NCBI RefSeq assembly: GCF_009914755.1
Contig: NC_060925.1
DNA length: 64,000 nt
DNA from: the human T2T-CHM13v2.0 reference genome, Homo sapiens
Reading direction: 5' to 3' (one strand)
Shown: one piece after another, positions 1 to 13,300 of the stretch
Numbering within the stretch: position 1 is the stretch's first letter
Layout: the number at the start of each line of letters is the position of its first letter
Translations under genes and position numbers: made by a program
Notes under the pieces: model-generated
What the model saw: only the letters and a program-made list of their open reading frames with translations
Told to the model about the DNA's origin: nothing
Database searches by the model: none

Positions 1-2130
1 TCAAATGGAATCGAATGGAATCACCGAATAGAATCGAATGGAACAATCATCGAATGGACTCAAATGGAATTATCCTCCAATGGAATCGAATGGATTTATC
101 GAATGCAATGGAATAGAATCATCGAATGGACTCGAATGGAATTATCGAACGGAATGGAATGGAACAGTCAATGAACTCGAATGGAATCATCATTGAATGG
201 AATCGAATGGAATCATCGAGTGGAATCGAATGGAATTATGATCAAATGGAATCGAATGTAATCATCATCAAATGGAATCAAAAATAACCATCATCAATTG
301 GTATTGAATGGAATTGTCATCAAATGGAATTCAAAGGAATCATCATCAAATGGAACCGAATGGAATCCTCATTGAATGGAAATGAAAGGGGTCATCATCT
401 AATGGAATCGCATGGAATCATCATCAAATGGAATCGAATGGAATCATCATCAAATGGAATCTAATGGAATCATTGAACAGAATTGAATGGAATCGTCATC
501 GAATGAATTGAATGCAATCATCGAATGGTCTCGAATGGAATCATCTTCTAATGGAAAGGAATGGAATCATCGCATATAATCGAATGGAATTATCATCGAA
601 TGGAATCGAATGGTATCAACACCAAACGGAAAAAAACGGAATTATCGAATGGAATCGAAGAGAATCTTCGAACGGACCCGAATGGAATCATCTAATGGAA
701 TGGAATGGAATAATCCATGGACTCGAATGCAATCATCATCGAATGGAATCAAATGGAATCATCGAATGGACTCGAATGGAATAATCATTGAACGGAATCG
801 AATGGAATCATCATCGGATGGAAACGAATGGAATCATCATCGAATGGAAATGAAAGGAGTCATCATCTAATGGAATTGCATGGAATCATCATAAAATGGA
901 ATCGAATGGAATCAACATCAAATGGAATCAAATGGAATCATTGAACGGAATTGAATGGAATCGTCATCGAATGAATTGACTGCAATCATCGAATGGTCTC
1001 GAATGGAATCATCTTCAAATGGAATGGAATGGAATCATCGCATAGAATCGAATGGAATTATCATCGAATGGAATCGAATGGAATCAACATCAAACGGAAA
1101 AAAACGGAATTATCGAATGGAATCGAAGAGAATCATCGAATGGACCCGAATGGAATCATCTAATGGCATGGAATGGAATAATCCATGGACTCGAATGCAA
1201 TCATCATCGAATGGAATCGAATGGAATCATCGAATGGACTCGAATGGAATAATCATTGAACGGAATCGAATGGAATCATCATCGGATGGAAATGAATGGA
1301 ATCATCATCGAATGGAATCGAATAGAATTATGGAATGAAATCCAGTGTGATCATCATCGAATGGACCCGAATGGAATCATCATCCAACGGAAGCTAATGG
1401 AATCAACATCGAATGAATCAAATGGAAACACCATCGAATTGAAACGAATGGAATTATCATGAAATTGAAATGGATGGACTCATCATCGAATGGATTCGAA
1501 TGGAATCATCGAATAAAATTGATTGAAATCATCATCGAATGGAATCGAATGGTATCATTGAATGGAATCGAATGGAATCATCATCAGATGGAAATGAATG
1601 GAATCGTCATAGAATGGAATCGAATGGATTCATTGAATGGAATCAGATGGAATCATCGAATGGACTGGAATGGAATCATTGAATGGACTCGAAAGGGATC
1701 ATGATTGAATGGAATTGAATGGAATCATCGAATGGTCTCGATTGGAATCATTATCAAATGGAATCGAATGGAATCACCGAATAGAATCGAATGGAACAAT
1801 CATCGAATGGACTCAAATGGAATTATCCTCCAATGGAATCGAATGGATTTATCGAATGCAATGGAATAGAATCATCGAATGGACTCGAATGGAATTATCG
1901 AACGGAATGGAATGGAACAGTCAATGAACTCGAATGGAATCATCATTGAATGGAATCGAATGGAATCATCGAGTGGAATCGAATGGAATTATGATCAAAT
2001 GGAATCGAATGTAATCATCATCAAATGGAATCAAAAATAACCATCATCAATTGGTATTGAATGGAATTGTCATCAAATGGAATTCAAAGGAATCATCATC
2101 AAATGGAACCGAATGGAATCCTCATTGAAT

Positions 2131-3066
2131 GGAAATGAAAGGGGTCATCATCTAATGGAATCGCATGGAATCATCATCAAATGGAATCGAATGGAATCAT
2201 CATCAAATGGAATCTAATGGAATCATTGAACAGAATTGAATGGAATCGTCATCGAATGAATTGAATGCAATCATCGAATGGTCTCGAATGGAATCATCTT
2301 CTAATGGAAAGGAATGGAATCATCGCATAGAATCGAATGGAATTATCATCGAATGGAATCGAATGGTATCAACACCAAACGGAAAAAAACGGAATTATCG
2401 AATGGAATCGAAGAGAATCTTCGAACGGACCCGAATGGAATCATCTAATGGAATGGAATGGAATAATCCATGGACTCGAATGCAATCATCATCGAATGGA
2501 ATCAAATGGAATCATCGAATGGACTCGAATGGAATAATCATTGAACGGAATCGAATGGAATCATCATCGGATGGAAACGAATGGAATCATCATCGAATGG
2601 AAATGAAAGGAGTCATCATCTAATGGAATTGCATGGAATCATCATAAAATGGAATCGAATGGAATCAACATCAAATGGAATCAAATGGAATCATTGAACG
2701 GAATTGAATGGAATCGTCATCGAATGAATTGAATGCAATCATCGAATGGTCTCGAATGGAATCATCTTCAAATGGAATGGAATGGAATCATCGCATAGAA
2801 TCGAATGGAATTATCATCGAATGGAATCGAATGGAATCAACATCAAACGGAAAAAAACGGAATTATCGAATGGAATCGAAGAGAATCATCGAATGGACCC
2901 GAATGGGATCATCTAATGGAATGGAATGGAATAATCCATGGACTCGAATGCAATCATCATCGAATGGAATCGAATGGAATCATCGAATGGACTCGAATGG
3001 AATAATCATTGAACGGAATCGAATGGAATCATCATCGGATGGAAATGAATGGGATCATCATCGAAT
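2131..3066. repeat. Internal 468-bp tandem dimer (copies A 2131-2598 and B 2599-3066) present in each higher-order unit
   Basis: Landmarks GGAAATGAAAGG(G/A)GTCATCATCTAATGG, AAACGGAAAAAAACGG, GAAGAGAATC and AATCCATGGACTC each occur twice per unit, 468 bp apart (ORF starts 2240/2708, 5769/6237, 11098/11566). Fixed A/B differences include GGTATCAACACC vs GGAATCAACATC and TCTTCGAACGG vs TCATCGAATGG. Confidence 0.93.
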
Positions 3067-5608
3067 GGAATCGAATAGAATTATGGAATGAAATCCAGTG
3101 TGATCATCATCGAATGGACCCGAATGGAATCATCATCCAACAGAAGCTAATGGAATCAACATCGAATGAATCGAATGGAAACACCATCGAATTCAAACGA
3201 ATGGAATTACCATGAAATTGAAATGGATGGACTCATCATCGAATGGATTCGGATGGAATCATCGAATAAAATTGATTGAAATCATCATCGAATGAAATCG
3301 AATGGTATCATTGAATGGAATCGAATGGAATCATCATCAGATGGAAATGAATGGAATCGTCATAGAATGGAATCGAATGGATTCATTGAATGGAATCAGA
3401 TGGAATCATCGAATGGACTGGAATGGAATCATTGAATGGACTCGAAAGGGATCATGATTGAATGGAATTGAATGGAATCATCGAATGGTCTCGATTGGAA
3501 TCATTATCAAATGGAATCGAATGGAATCACCGAATAGAATCGAATGGAACAATCATCGAATGGACTCAAATGGAATTATCCTTAAATGGAATCGAATGGA
3601 ATTATCGTATGCAATCGAATAGAATCATCGAATGGACTCGAATGGAATCATCGAACGGAATGGAATGGAACAGTCAATGAACTCGAATGGAATCATCATT
3701 GAATGGAATCGAATGGAATCACCGAGTGGAATCGAATGGAATTTTGATCAAATGGAATCGAATGTAATCATCATCAAATGGAATCAAAAATAACCATCAT
3801 CAATTGGTATTGAATGGAATAGTCATCAAATGGAATTCAAAGGAATCATCATCAAATGGAACCGAATGGAATCCTCATTGAATGGAAATGAAAGGGGTCA
3901 TAATCTAATGGAATCGCATGGAATCATCATCAAATGGAATCGAATGGAATCATCATCAAATGGAATCTAATGGAATCATTGAACAGAATTGAATGGAATC
4001 GTCATCGAATGAATTGAATGCAATCATCGAATGGTCTCGAATGGAATCATCTTCTAATGGAAAGGAATGGAATCATCGCATAGAATCGAATGGAATTATC
4101 ATCGAATGGAATCGAATGGTATCAACACCAAACGGAAAAAAACGGAATTATCGAATGGAATCGAAGAGAATCTTCGAACGGACCCGAATGGAATCATCTA
4201 ATGGAATGGAATGGAATAATCCATGGACTCGAATGCAATCATCATCGAATGGAATCGAATGGAATCATCGAATGGACTCGAATGGAATAATCATTGAACG
4301 GAATCGAATGGAATCATCATCGGATGGAAACGAATGGAATCATCATCGAATGGAAATGAAAGGAGTCATCATCTAATGGAATTGCATGGAATCATCATAA
4401 AATGGAATCGAATGGAATCAACATCAAATGGAATCAAATGGAATCATTGAACGGAATTGAATGGAATCGTCATCGAATGAATTGACTGCAATCATCGAAT
4501 GGTCTCGAATGTAATCAGATTCTAATGGAAAGGAATGGAATCATCGCATAGAATCGAATGGTATTATCATCGAATGGAATCGAATGGAATCAACATCAAA
4601 CGGAAAAAAACAGAATTATCGTATGGAATCGAAGAGAATCATCGAATGGACCCGAATGGAATCATCTAATGGAATGGAATGGAATAATCCATGGACTCGA
4701 ATGCAATCATCATCGAATGGAATCGAATGGAATCATCGAATGGACTCGAATGGAATAATCATTGAACGGAATCGAATGGAATCATCATCGGATGGAAATG
4801 AATGGAATCATCATCGAATGGAATCGAATAGAATTATGGAATGAAATCCAGTGTGATCATCATCGAATGGACCCGAATGGAATCATCATCCAACGGAAGC
4901 TAATGGAATCAACATCGAATGAATCGAATGGAAACACCATCGAATTGAAACGAATGGAATTATCATGAAATTGAAATGGATGGACTCATCATCGAATGGA
5001 TTCGAATGGAATCATCGAATAAAATTGATTGAAATCATCATCGAATGAAATCGAATGGTATCATTGAATGGAATCGAATGGAATCATCATCAGATGGAAA
5101 TGAATGGAATCGTCATAGAATGGAATCGAATGGATTCATTGAATGGAATCAGATGGAATCATCGAATGGACTGGAATGGAATCATTGAATGGACTCGAAA
5201 GGGATCATTATTGAATGGAATTGAATGGAATCATCGAATGGTCTCGATTGGAATCATTATCAAATGGAATCGAATGGAATCACCGAATAGAATCGAATGG
5301 AACAATCATCGAATGGACTCAAATGGAATTATCCTCAAATGGAATCGAATGGAATTATCGAATGCAATCGAATGGAATTATCGAATGCAATCGAATAGAA
5401 TCATCGAATGGACTCGAATGGAATCATCGAATGGAATGGAATGGAACAGTCAATGAACTCGAATGGAATCATCATTGAATGGAATCGAATGGAATCATCG
5501 AGTGGAATCGAATGGAATTATGATCAAATGGAATCGAATGTAATCATCATCAAATGGAATCAAAAATAACCATCATCAATTGGTATTGAATGGAATTGTC
5601 ATCAAATG

Positions 5609-7384
5609 GAATTCAAAGGAATCATCATCAAATGGAACCGAATGGAATCCTCATTGAATGGAAATGAAAGGGGTCATCATCTAATGGAATCGCATGGAAT
5701 CATCATCAAATGGAATCGAATGGAATCATCATCAAATGGAATCTAATGGAATCATTGAACAGAATTGAATGGAATCGTCATCGAATGAATTGAATGCAAT
5801 CATCGAATGGTCTCGAATGGAATCATCTTCTAATGGAAAGGAATGGAATCATCGCATAGAATCGAATGGAATTATCATCGAATGGAATCGAATGGTATCA
5901 ACAACAAACGGAAAAAAACGGAATTATCGAATGGAATCGAAGAGAATCTTCGAACGGACCCGAATGGAATCATCTAATGGAATGGAATGGAATAATCCAT
6001 GGACTCGAATGCAATCATCATCGAATGGAATCGAATGGAATCATCGAATGGACTCGAATGGAATAATCATTGAACGGAATCGATTGGAATCATCATCGGA
6101 TGGAAACGAATGGAATCATCATCGAATGGAAATGAAAGGAGTCATCATCTAATGGAATTGCATGGAATCATCATAAAATGGAATCGAATGGAATCAACAT
6201 CAAATGGAATCAAATGGAATCATTGAACGGAATTGAATGGAATCGTCATCGAATGAATTGAATGCAATCATCGAATGGTCTCGAATGGAATCATCTTCAA
6301 ATGGAATGGAATGGAATCATCGCATAGAATCGAATGGAATTATCATCGAATGGAATCGAATGGAATCAACATCAAACGGAAAAAAACGGAATTATCGAAT
6401 GGAATCGAAGAGAATCATCGAATGGACCCGAATGGAATCATCTAATGGAATGGAATGGAATAATCCATGGACTCGAATGCAATCATCATCGAATGGAATC
6501 GAATGGAATCATCGAATGGACTCGAATGGAATAATCATTGAACGGAATCGAATGGAATCATCATCGGATGGAAATGAATGGAATCATCATCGAATGGAAT
6601 CGAATAGAATTATGGAATGAAATCCAGTGTGATCATCATCGAATGGACCCGAATGGAATCATCATCCAACGGAAGCTAATGGAATCAACATCGAATGAAT
6701 CGAATGGAAACACCATCGAATTGAAACGAATGGAATTATCATGAAATTGAAATGGATGGACTCATCATCGAATGGATTCGAATGGAATCATCGAATAAAA
6801 TTGATTGAAATCATCATCGAATGGAATCGAATGGTATCATTGAATGGAATCGAATGGAATCATCATCAGATGGAAATGAATGGAATCGTCATAGAATGGA
6901 ATCGAATGGATTCATTGAATGGAATCAGATGGAATCATCGAATGGACTGGAATGGAATCATTGAATGGACTCGAAAGGGATCATTATTGAATGGAATTGA
7001 ATGGAATCATCGAATGGTCTCGATTGGAATCATTATCAAATGGAATCGAATGGAATCACCGAATAGAATCGAATGGAACAATCATCGAATGGACTCAAAT
7101 GGAATTATCCTCCAATGGAATCGAATGGAATTATCGAATGCAATCGAATGGAATTATCGAATGCAATCGAATAGAATCATCGAATGGACTCGAATGGAAT
7201 CATCGAATGGAATGGAATGGAACAGTCAATGAACTCGAATGGAATCATCATTGAATGGAATCGAATGGAATCATCGAGTGGAATCGAATGGAATTATGAT
7301 CAAATGGAATCGAATGTAATCATCATCAAATGGAATCAAAAATAACCATCATCAATTGGTATTGAATGGAATTGTCATCAAATG
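5609..7384. repeat. Representative full-length 1776-bp HSat2 higher-order unit (EcoRI to EcoRI)
   Basis: GAATTC in the context CAAATGGAATTCAAAGG at 5609 and 7385. The same site sits at the same position in the other units (327, 2080, 3833, 9161, 10938 ...), matching the known ~1.77-kb EcoRI periodicity of chr1 HSat2. Confidence 0.92.
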
Positions 7385-10300
7385 GAATTCAAAGGAATCA
7401 TCATCAAATGGAACCGAATGGAATCCTCATTGAATGGAAATGAAAGGGGTCATCATCTAATGGAATCGCATGGAATCATCATCAAATGGAATCGAATGGA
7501 ATCATCATCAAATGGAATCTAATGGAATCATTGAACAGAATTGAATGGAATCGTCATCGAATGAATTGAATGCAATCATCGAATGGTCTCGAATGGAATC
7601 ATCTTCTAATGGAAAGGAATGGAATCATCGCATAGAATCGAATGGAATTATCATCGAATGGAATCGAATGGTATCAACACCAAACGGAAAAAAACGGAAT
7701 TATCGAATGGAATCGAAGAGAATCTTCGAACGGACCCGAATGGAATCATCTAATGGAATGGAATGGAATAATCCATGAACTCGAATGCAATCATCATCGA
7801 ATGGAATCGAATGGAATCATCGAATGGACTCGAATGGAATAATCATTGAACGGAATCGAATGGAATCATCATCGGATGGAAACGAATGGAATCATCATCG
7901 AATGGAAATGAAAGGAGTCATCATCTAATGGAATTGCATGGAATCATCATAAAATGGAATCGAATGGAATCAACATCAAATGGAATCAAATGGAATCATT
8001 GAACGGAATTGAATGGAATCGTCATCGAATGAATTGAATGCAATCATCGAATGGTCTCGAATGGAATCATCTTCAAATGGAATGGAATGGAATCATCGCA
8101 TAGAATCGAATGGAATTATCATCGAATGGAATCGAATGGAATCAACATCAAACGGAAAAAAACGGAATTATCGAATGGAATCGAAGAGAATCATCGAATG
8201 GACCCGAATGGAATCATCTAATGGAATGGAATGGAATAATCCATGGACTCGAATGCAATCATCATCCAATGGAATCGAATGGAATCATCGAATGGACTCG
8301 AATGGAATAATCATTGAATGGAATCGAATGGAATCATCATCGGATGGAAATGAATGGAATCATCATCGAATGGAATCGAATAGAATTATGGAATGAAATC
8401 CAGTGTGATCATCATCGAATGGACCCGAATGGAATCATCATCCAACGGAAGCTAATGGAATCAACATCGAATGAATCGAATGGAAACACCATCGAATTGA
8501 AACGAATGGAATTATCATGAAATTGAAATGGATGGACTCATCATCGAATGGATTCGAATGGAATCATCGAATAAAATTGATTGAAATCATCATCGAATGG
8601 AATCGAATGGTATCATTGAATGGAATCGAATGGAATCATCATCAGATGGAAATGAATGGAATCGTCATAGAATGGAATCGAATGGATTCATTGAATGGAA
8701 TCAGATGGAATCATCGAATGGACTGGAATGGAATCATTGAATGGACTCGAAAGGGATCATTATTGAATGGAATTGAATGGAATCATCGAATGGTCTCGAT
8801 TGGAATCATTATCAAATGGAATCGAATGGAATCACCGAATAGAATCGAATGGAACAATCATCGAATGGACTCAAATGGAATTATCCTCCAATGGAATCGA
8901 ATGGAATTATCGAATGCAATCGAATGGAATTATCGAATGCAATCGAATAGAATCATCGAAAGGACTCGAATGGAATCATCGAATGGAATGGAATGGAACA
9001 GTCAATGAACTCGAATGGAATCATCATTGAATGGAATCGAATGGAATCATCGAGTGGAATCGAATGGAATTATGATCAAATGGAATCGAATGTAATCATC
9101 ATCAAATGGAATCAAAAATAACCATCATCAATTGGTATTGAATGGAATTGTCATCAAATGGAATTCAAAGGAATCATCATCAAATGGAACCGAATGGAAT
9201 CCTCATTGAATGGAAATGAAAGGGGTCATCATCTAATGGAATCGCATGGAATCATCATCAAATGGAATCGAATGGAATCATCATCAAATGGAATCTAATG
9301 GAATCATTGAACAGAATTGAATGGAATCGTCATCGAATGAATTGTATGCAATCATCGAATGGTCTCGAATGGAATCATCTTCTAATGGAAAGGAATGGAA
9401 TCATCGCATAGAATCGAATGGAATTATCATCGAATGGAATCGAATGGTATCAACACCAAACGGAAAAAAAACGGAATTATCGAATGGAATCGAAGAGAAT
9501 CTTCGAACGGACCCGAATGGAATCATCTAATGGAATGGAATGGAATAATCCATGAACTCGAATGCAATCATCATCGAATGGAATCGAATGGAATCATCGA
9601 ATGGACTCGAATGGAATAATCATTGAACGGAATCGAATGGAATCATCATCGGATGGAAACGAATGGAATCATCATCGAATGGAAATGAAAGGAGTCATCA
9701 TCTAATGGAATTGCATGGAATCATCATAAAATGGAATCGAATGGAATCAACATCAAATGGAATCAAATGGAATCATTGAACGGAATTGAATGGAATCGTC
9801 ATCGAATGAATTGACTGCAATCATCCAATGGTCTCGAATGGAATCATCTTCAAATGGAATGGAATGGAATCATCGCATAGAATCGAATGGAATTATCATC
9901 GAATGGAATCGAATGGAATCAACATCAAACGGAAAAAAACGGAATTATCGAATGGAATCGAAGAGAATCATCGAATGGACCCGAATGGAATCATCTAATG
10001 GAATGGAATGGAATAATCCATGGACTCGAATGCAATCATCATCGAATGGAATCGAATGGAATCATCGAATGGACTCGAATGGAATAATCATTGAACGGAA
10101 TCGAATGGAATCATCATCGGATGGATATGAATGGAATCATCATCGAATGGAATCGAATAGAATTATGGAATGAAATCCAGTGTGATCATCATCGAATGGA
10201 CCCGAATGGAATCATCATCCAACGGAAGCTAATGGAATCAACATCGAATGAATCAAATGGAAACACCATCGAATTGAAACGAATGGAATTATCATGAAAT

Positions 10301-13300
10301 TGAAATGGATGGACTCATCATCGAATGGATTCGAATGGAATCATCGAATAAAATTGATTGAAATCATCATCGAATGGAATCGAATGGTATCAGTGAATGG
10401 AATCGAATGGAATCATCATCACATGGAAATGAATGGAATCGTCATAGAATGGAATCGAATGGATTCATTGAATGGAATCAGATGGAATCATCGAATGGAC
10501 TGGAATGGAATCATTGAATGGACTCGAAAGGGATCATTATTGAATGGAATTGAATGGAATCATCGAATGGTCTCGATTGGAATCATTATCAAATGGAATC
10601 GAATGGAATCACCGAATAGAATCGAATGGAACAATCATCGAATGGACTCAAATGGAATTATCCTCCAATGGAATCGAATGGAATTATCGAATGCAATCGA
10701 ATGGAATTATCGAATGCAATCGAATAGAATCATCGAATGGACTCGAATGGAATCATCGAATGGAATGGAATGGAACAGTCAATGAACTCGAATGGAATCA
10801 TCATTGAATGGAATCGAATGGAATCATCGAGTGGAATCGAATGGAATTATGATCAAATGGAATCGAATGTAATCATCATCAAATGGAATCAAAAATAACC
10901 ATCATCAATTGGTATTGAATGGAATTGTCATCAAATGGAATTCAAAGGAATCATCATCAAATGGAACCGAATGGAATCCTCATTGAATGGAAATGAAAGG
11001 GGTCATCATCTAATGGAATCGCATGGAATCATCATCAAATGGAATCGAATGGAATCATCATCAAATGGAATCTAATGGAATCATTGAACAGAATTGAATG
11101 GAATCGTCATCGAATGAATTGAATGCAATCATCGAATGGTCTCGAATGGAATCATCTTCTAATGGAAAGGAATGGAATCATCGCATAGAATCGAATGGAA
11201 TTATCATCGAATGGAATCGAATGGTATCAACACCAAACGGAAAAAAACGGAATTATCGAATGGAATCGAAGAGAATCTTCGAACGGACCCGAATGGAATC
11301 ATCTAATGGAATGGAATGGAATAATCCATGGACTCGAATGCAATCATCATCGAATGGAATCGAATGGAATCATCGAATGGACTCGAATGGAATAATCATT
11401 GAACGGAATCGAATGGAATCATCATCGGATGGAAACGAATGGAATCATCATCGAATGGAAATGAAAGGAGTCATCATCTAATGGAATTGCATGGAATCAT
11501 CATAAAATGGAATCGAATGGAATCAACATCAAATGGAATCAAATGGAATCATTGAACGGAATTGAATGGAATCGTCATCGAATGAATTGAATGCAATCAT
11601 CGAATGGTCTCGAATGGAATCATCTTCAAATGGAATGGAATGGAATCATCGCATAGAATCGAATGGAATTATCATCGAATGGAATCGAATGGAATCAACA
11701 TCAAACGGAAAAAAACGGAATTATCGAATGGAATCGAAGAGAATCATCGAATGGACCCGAATGGAATCATCTAATGGAATGGAATGGAATAATCCATGGA
11801 CTCGAATGCAATCATCATCCAATGGAATCGAATGGAATCATCGAATGGACTCGAATGGAATAATCATTGAACGGAATCGAATGGAATCATCATCGGATGG
11901 AAATGAATGGAATCATCATCGAATGGAATCGAATAGAATTATGGAATGAAATCCAGTGTGATCATCATCGAATGGACCCGAATGGAATCATCATCCAACG
12001 GAAGCTAATGGAATCAACATCGAATGAATCGAATGGAAACACCATCGAATTGAAACGAATGGAATTATCATGAAATTGAAATGGATGGACTCATCATCGA
12101 ATGGATTCGAATGGAATCATCGAATAAAATTGATTGAAATCATCATCGAATGGAATCGAATGGTATCATTGAATGGAATCGAATGGAATCATCATCAGAT
12201 GGAAATGAATGGAATCGTCATAGAATGGAATCGAATGGATTCATTGAATGGAATCAGATGGAATCATCGAATGGACTGGAATGGAATCATTGAATGGACT
12301 CGAAAGGGATCATTATTGAATGGAATTGAATGGAATCATCGAATGGTCTCGATTGGAATCATTATCAAATGGAATCGAATGGAATCACCGAATAGAATCG
12401 AATGGAACAATCATCGAATGGACTCAAATGGAATTATCCTCCAATGGAATCGAATGGAATTATCGAATGCAATCGAATGGAATTATCGAATGCAATCGAA
12501 TAGAATCATCGAATGGACTCGAATGGAATCATCGAATGGAATGGAATGGAACAGTCAATGAACTCGAATGGAATCATCATTGAATGGAATCGAATGGAAT
12601 CATCGAGTGGAATCGAATGGAATTATGATCAAATGGAATCGAATGTAATCATCATCAAATGGAATCAAAAATAACCATCATCAATTGGTATTGAATGGAA
12701 TTGTCATCAAATGGAATTCAAAGGAATCATCATCAAATGGAACCGAATGGAATCCTCATTGAATGGAAATGAAAGGGGTCATCATCTAATGGAATCGCAT
12801 GGAATCATCATCAAATGGAATCGAATGGAATCATCATCAAATGGAATCTAATGGAATCATTGAACAGAATTGAATGGAATCGTCATCGAATGAATTGAAT
12901 GCAATCATCGAATGGTCTCGAATGGAATCATCTTCTAATGGAAAGGAATGGAATCATCGCATAGAATCGAATGGAATTATCATCGAATGGAATCGAATGG
13001 TATCAACACCAAACGGAAAAAAACGGAATTATCGAATGGAATCGAAGAGAATCTTCGAACGGACCCGAATGGAATCATCTAATGGAATGGAATGGAATAA
13101 TCCATGAACTCGAATGCAATCATCATCGAATGGAATCGAATGGAATCATCGAATGGACTCGAATGGAATAATCATTGAACGGAATCGAATGGAATCATCA
13201 TCGGATGGAAACGAATGGAATCATCATCGAATGGAAATGAAAGGAGTCATCATCTAATGGAATTGCATGGAATCATCATAAAATGGAATCGAATGGAATC

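Noticed and set aside
624-640. AAACGGAAAAAAACGG motif as CENP-B box, or its T-run complement as a Pol III terminator
   Set aside because: It does not match the CENP-B box core (TTCG....A..CGGG), and no Pol III A/B-box gene is recognisable nearby. It is best read as a diverged monomer.
1511-1520. AATAAA polyadenylation-like hexamer once per unit (GAATAAAATT)
   Set aside because: Expected by chance in an A-rich repeat; no GU-rich downstream element or transcript evidence is available from the sequence.
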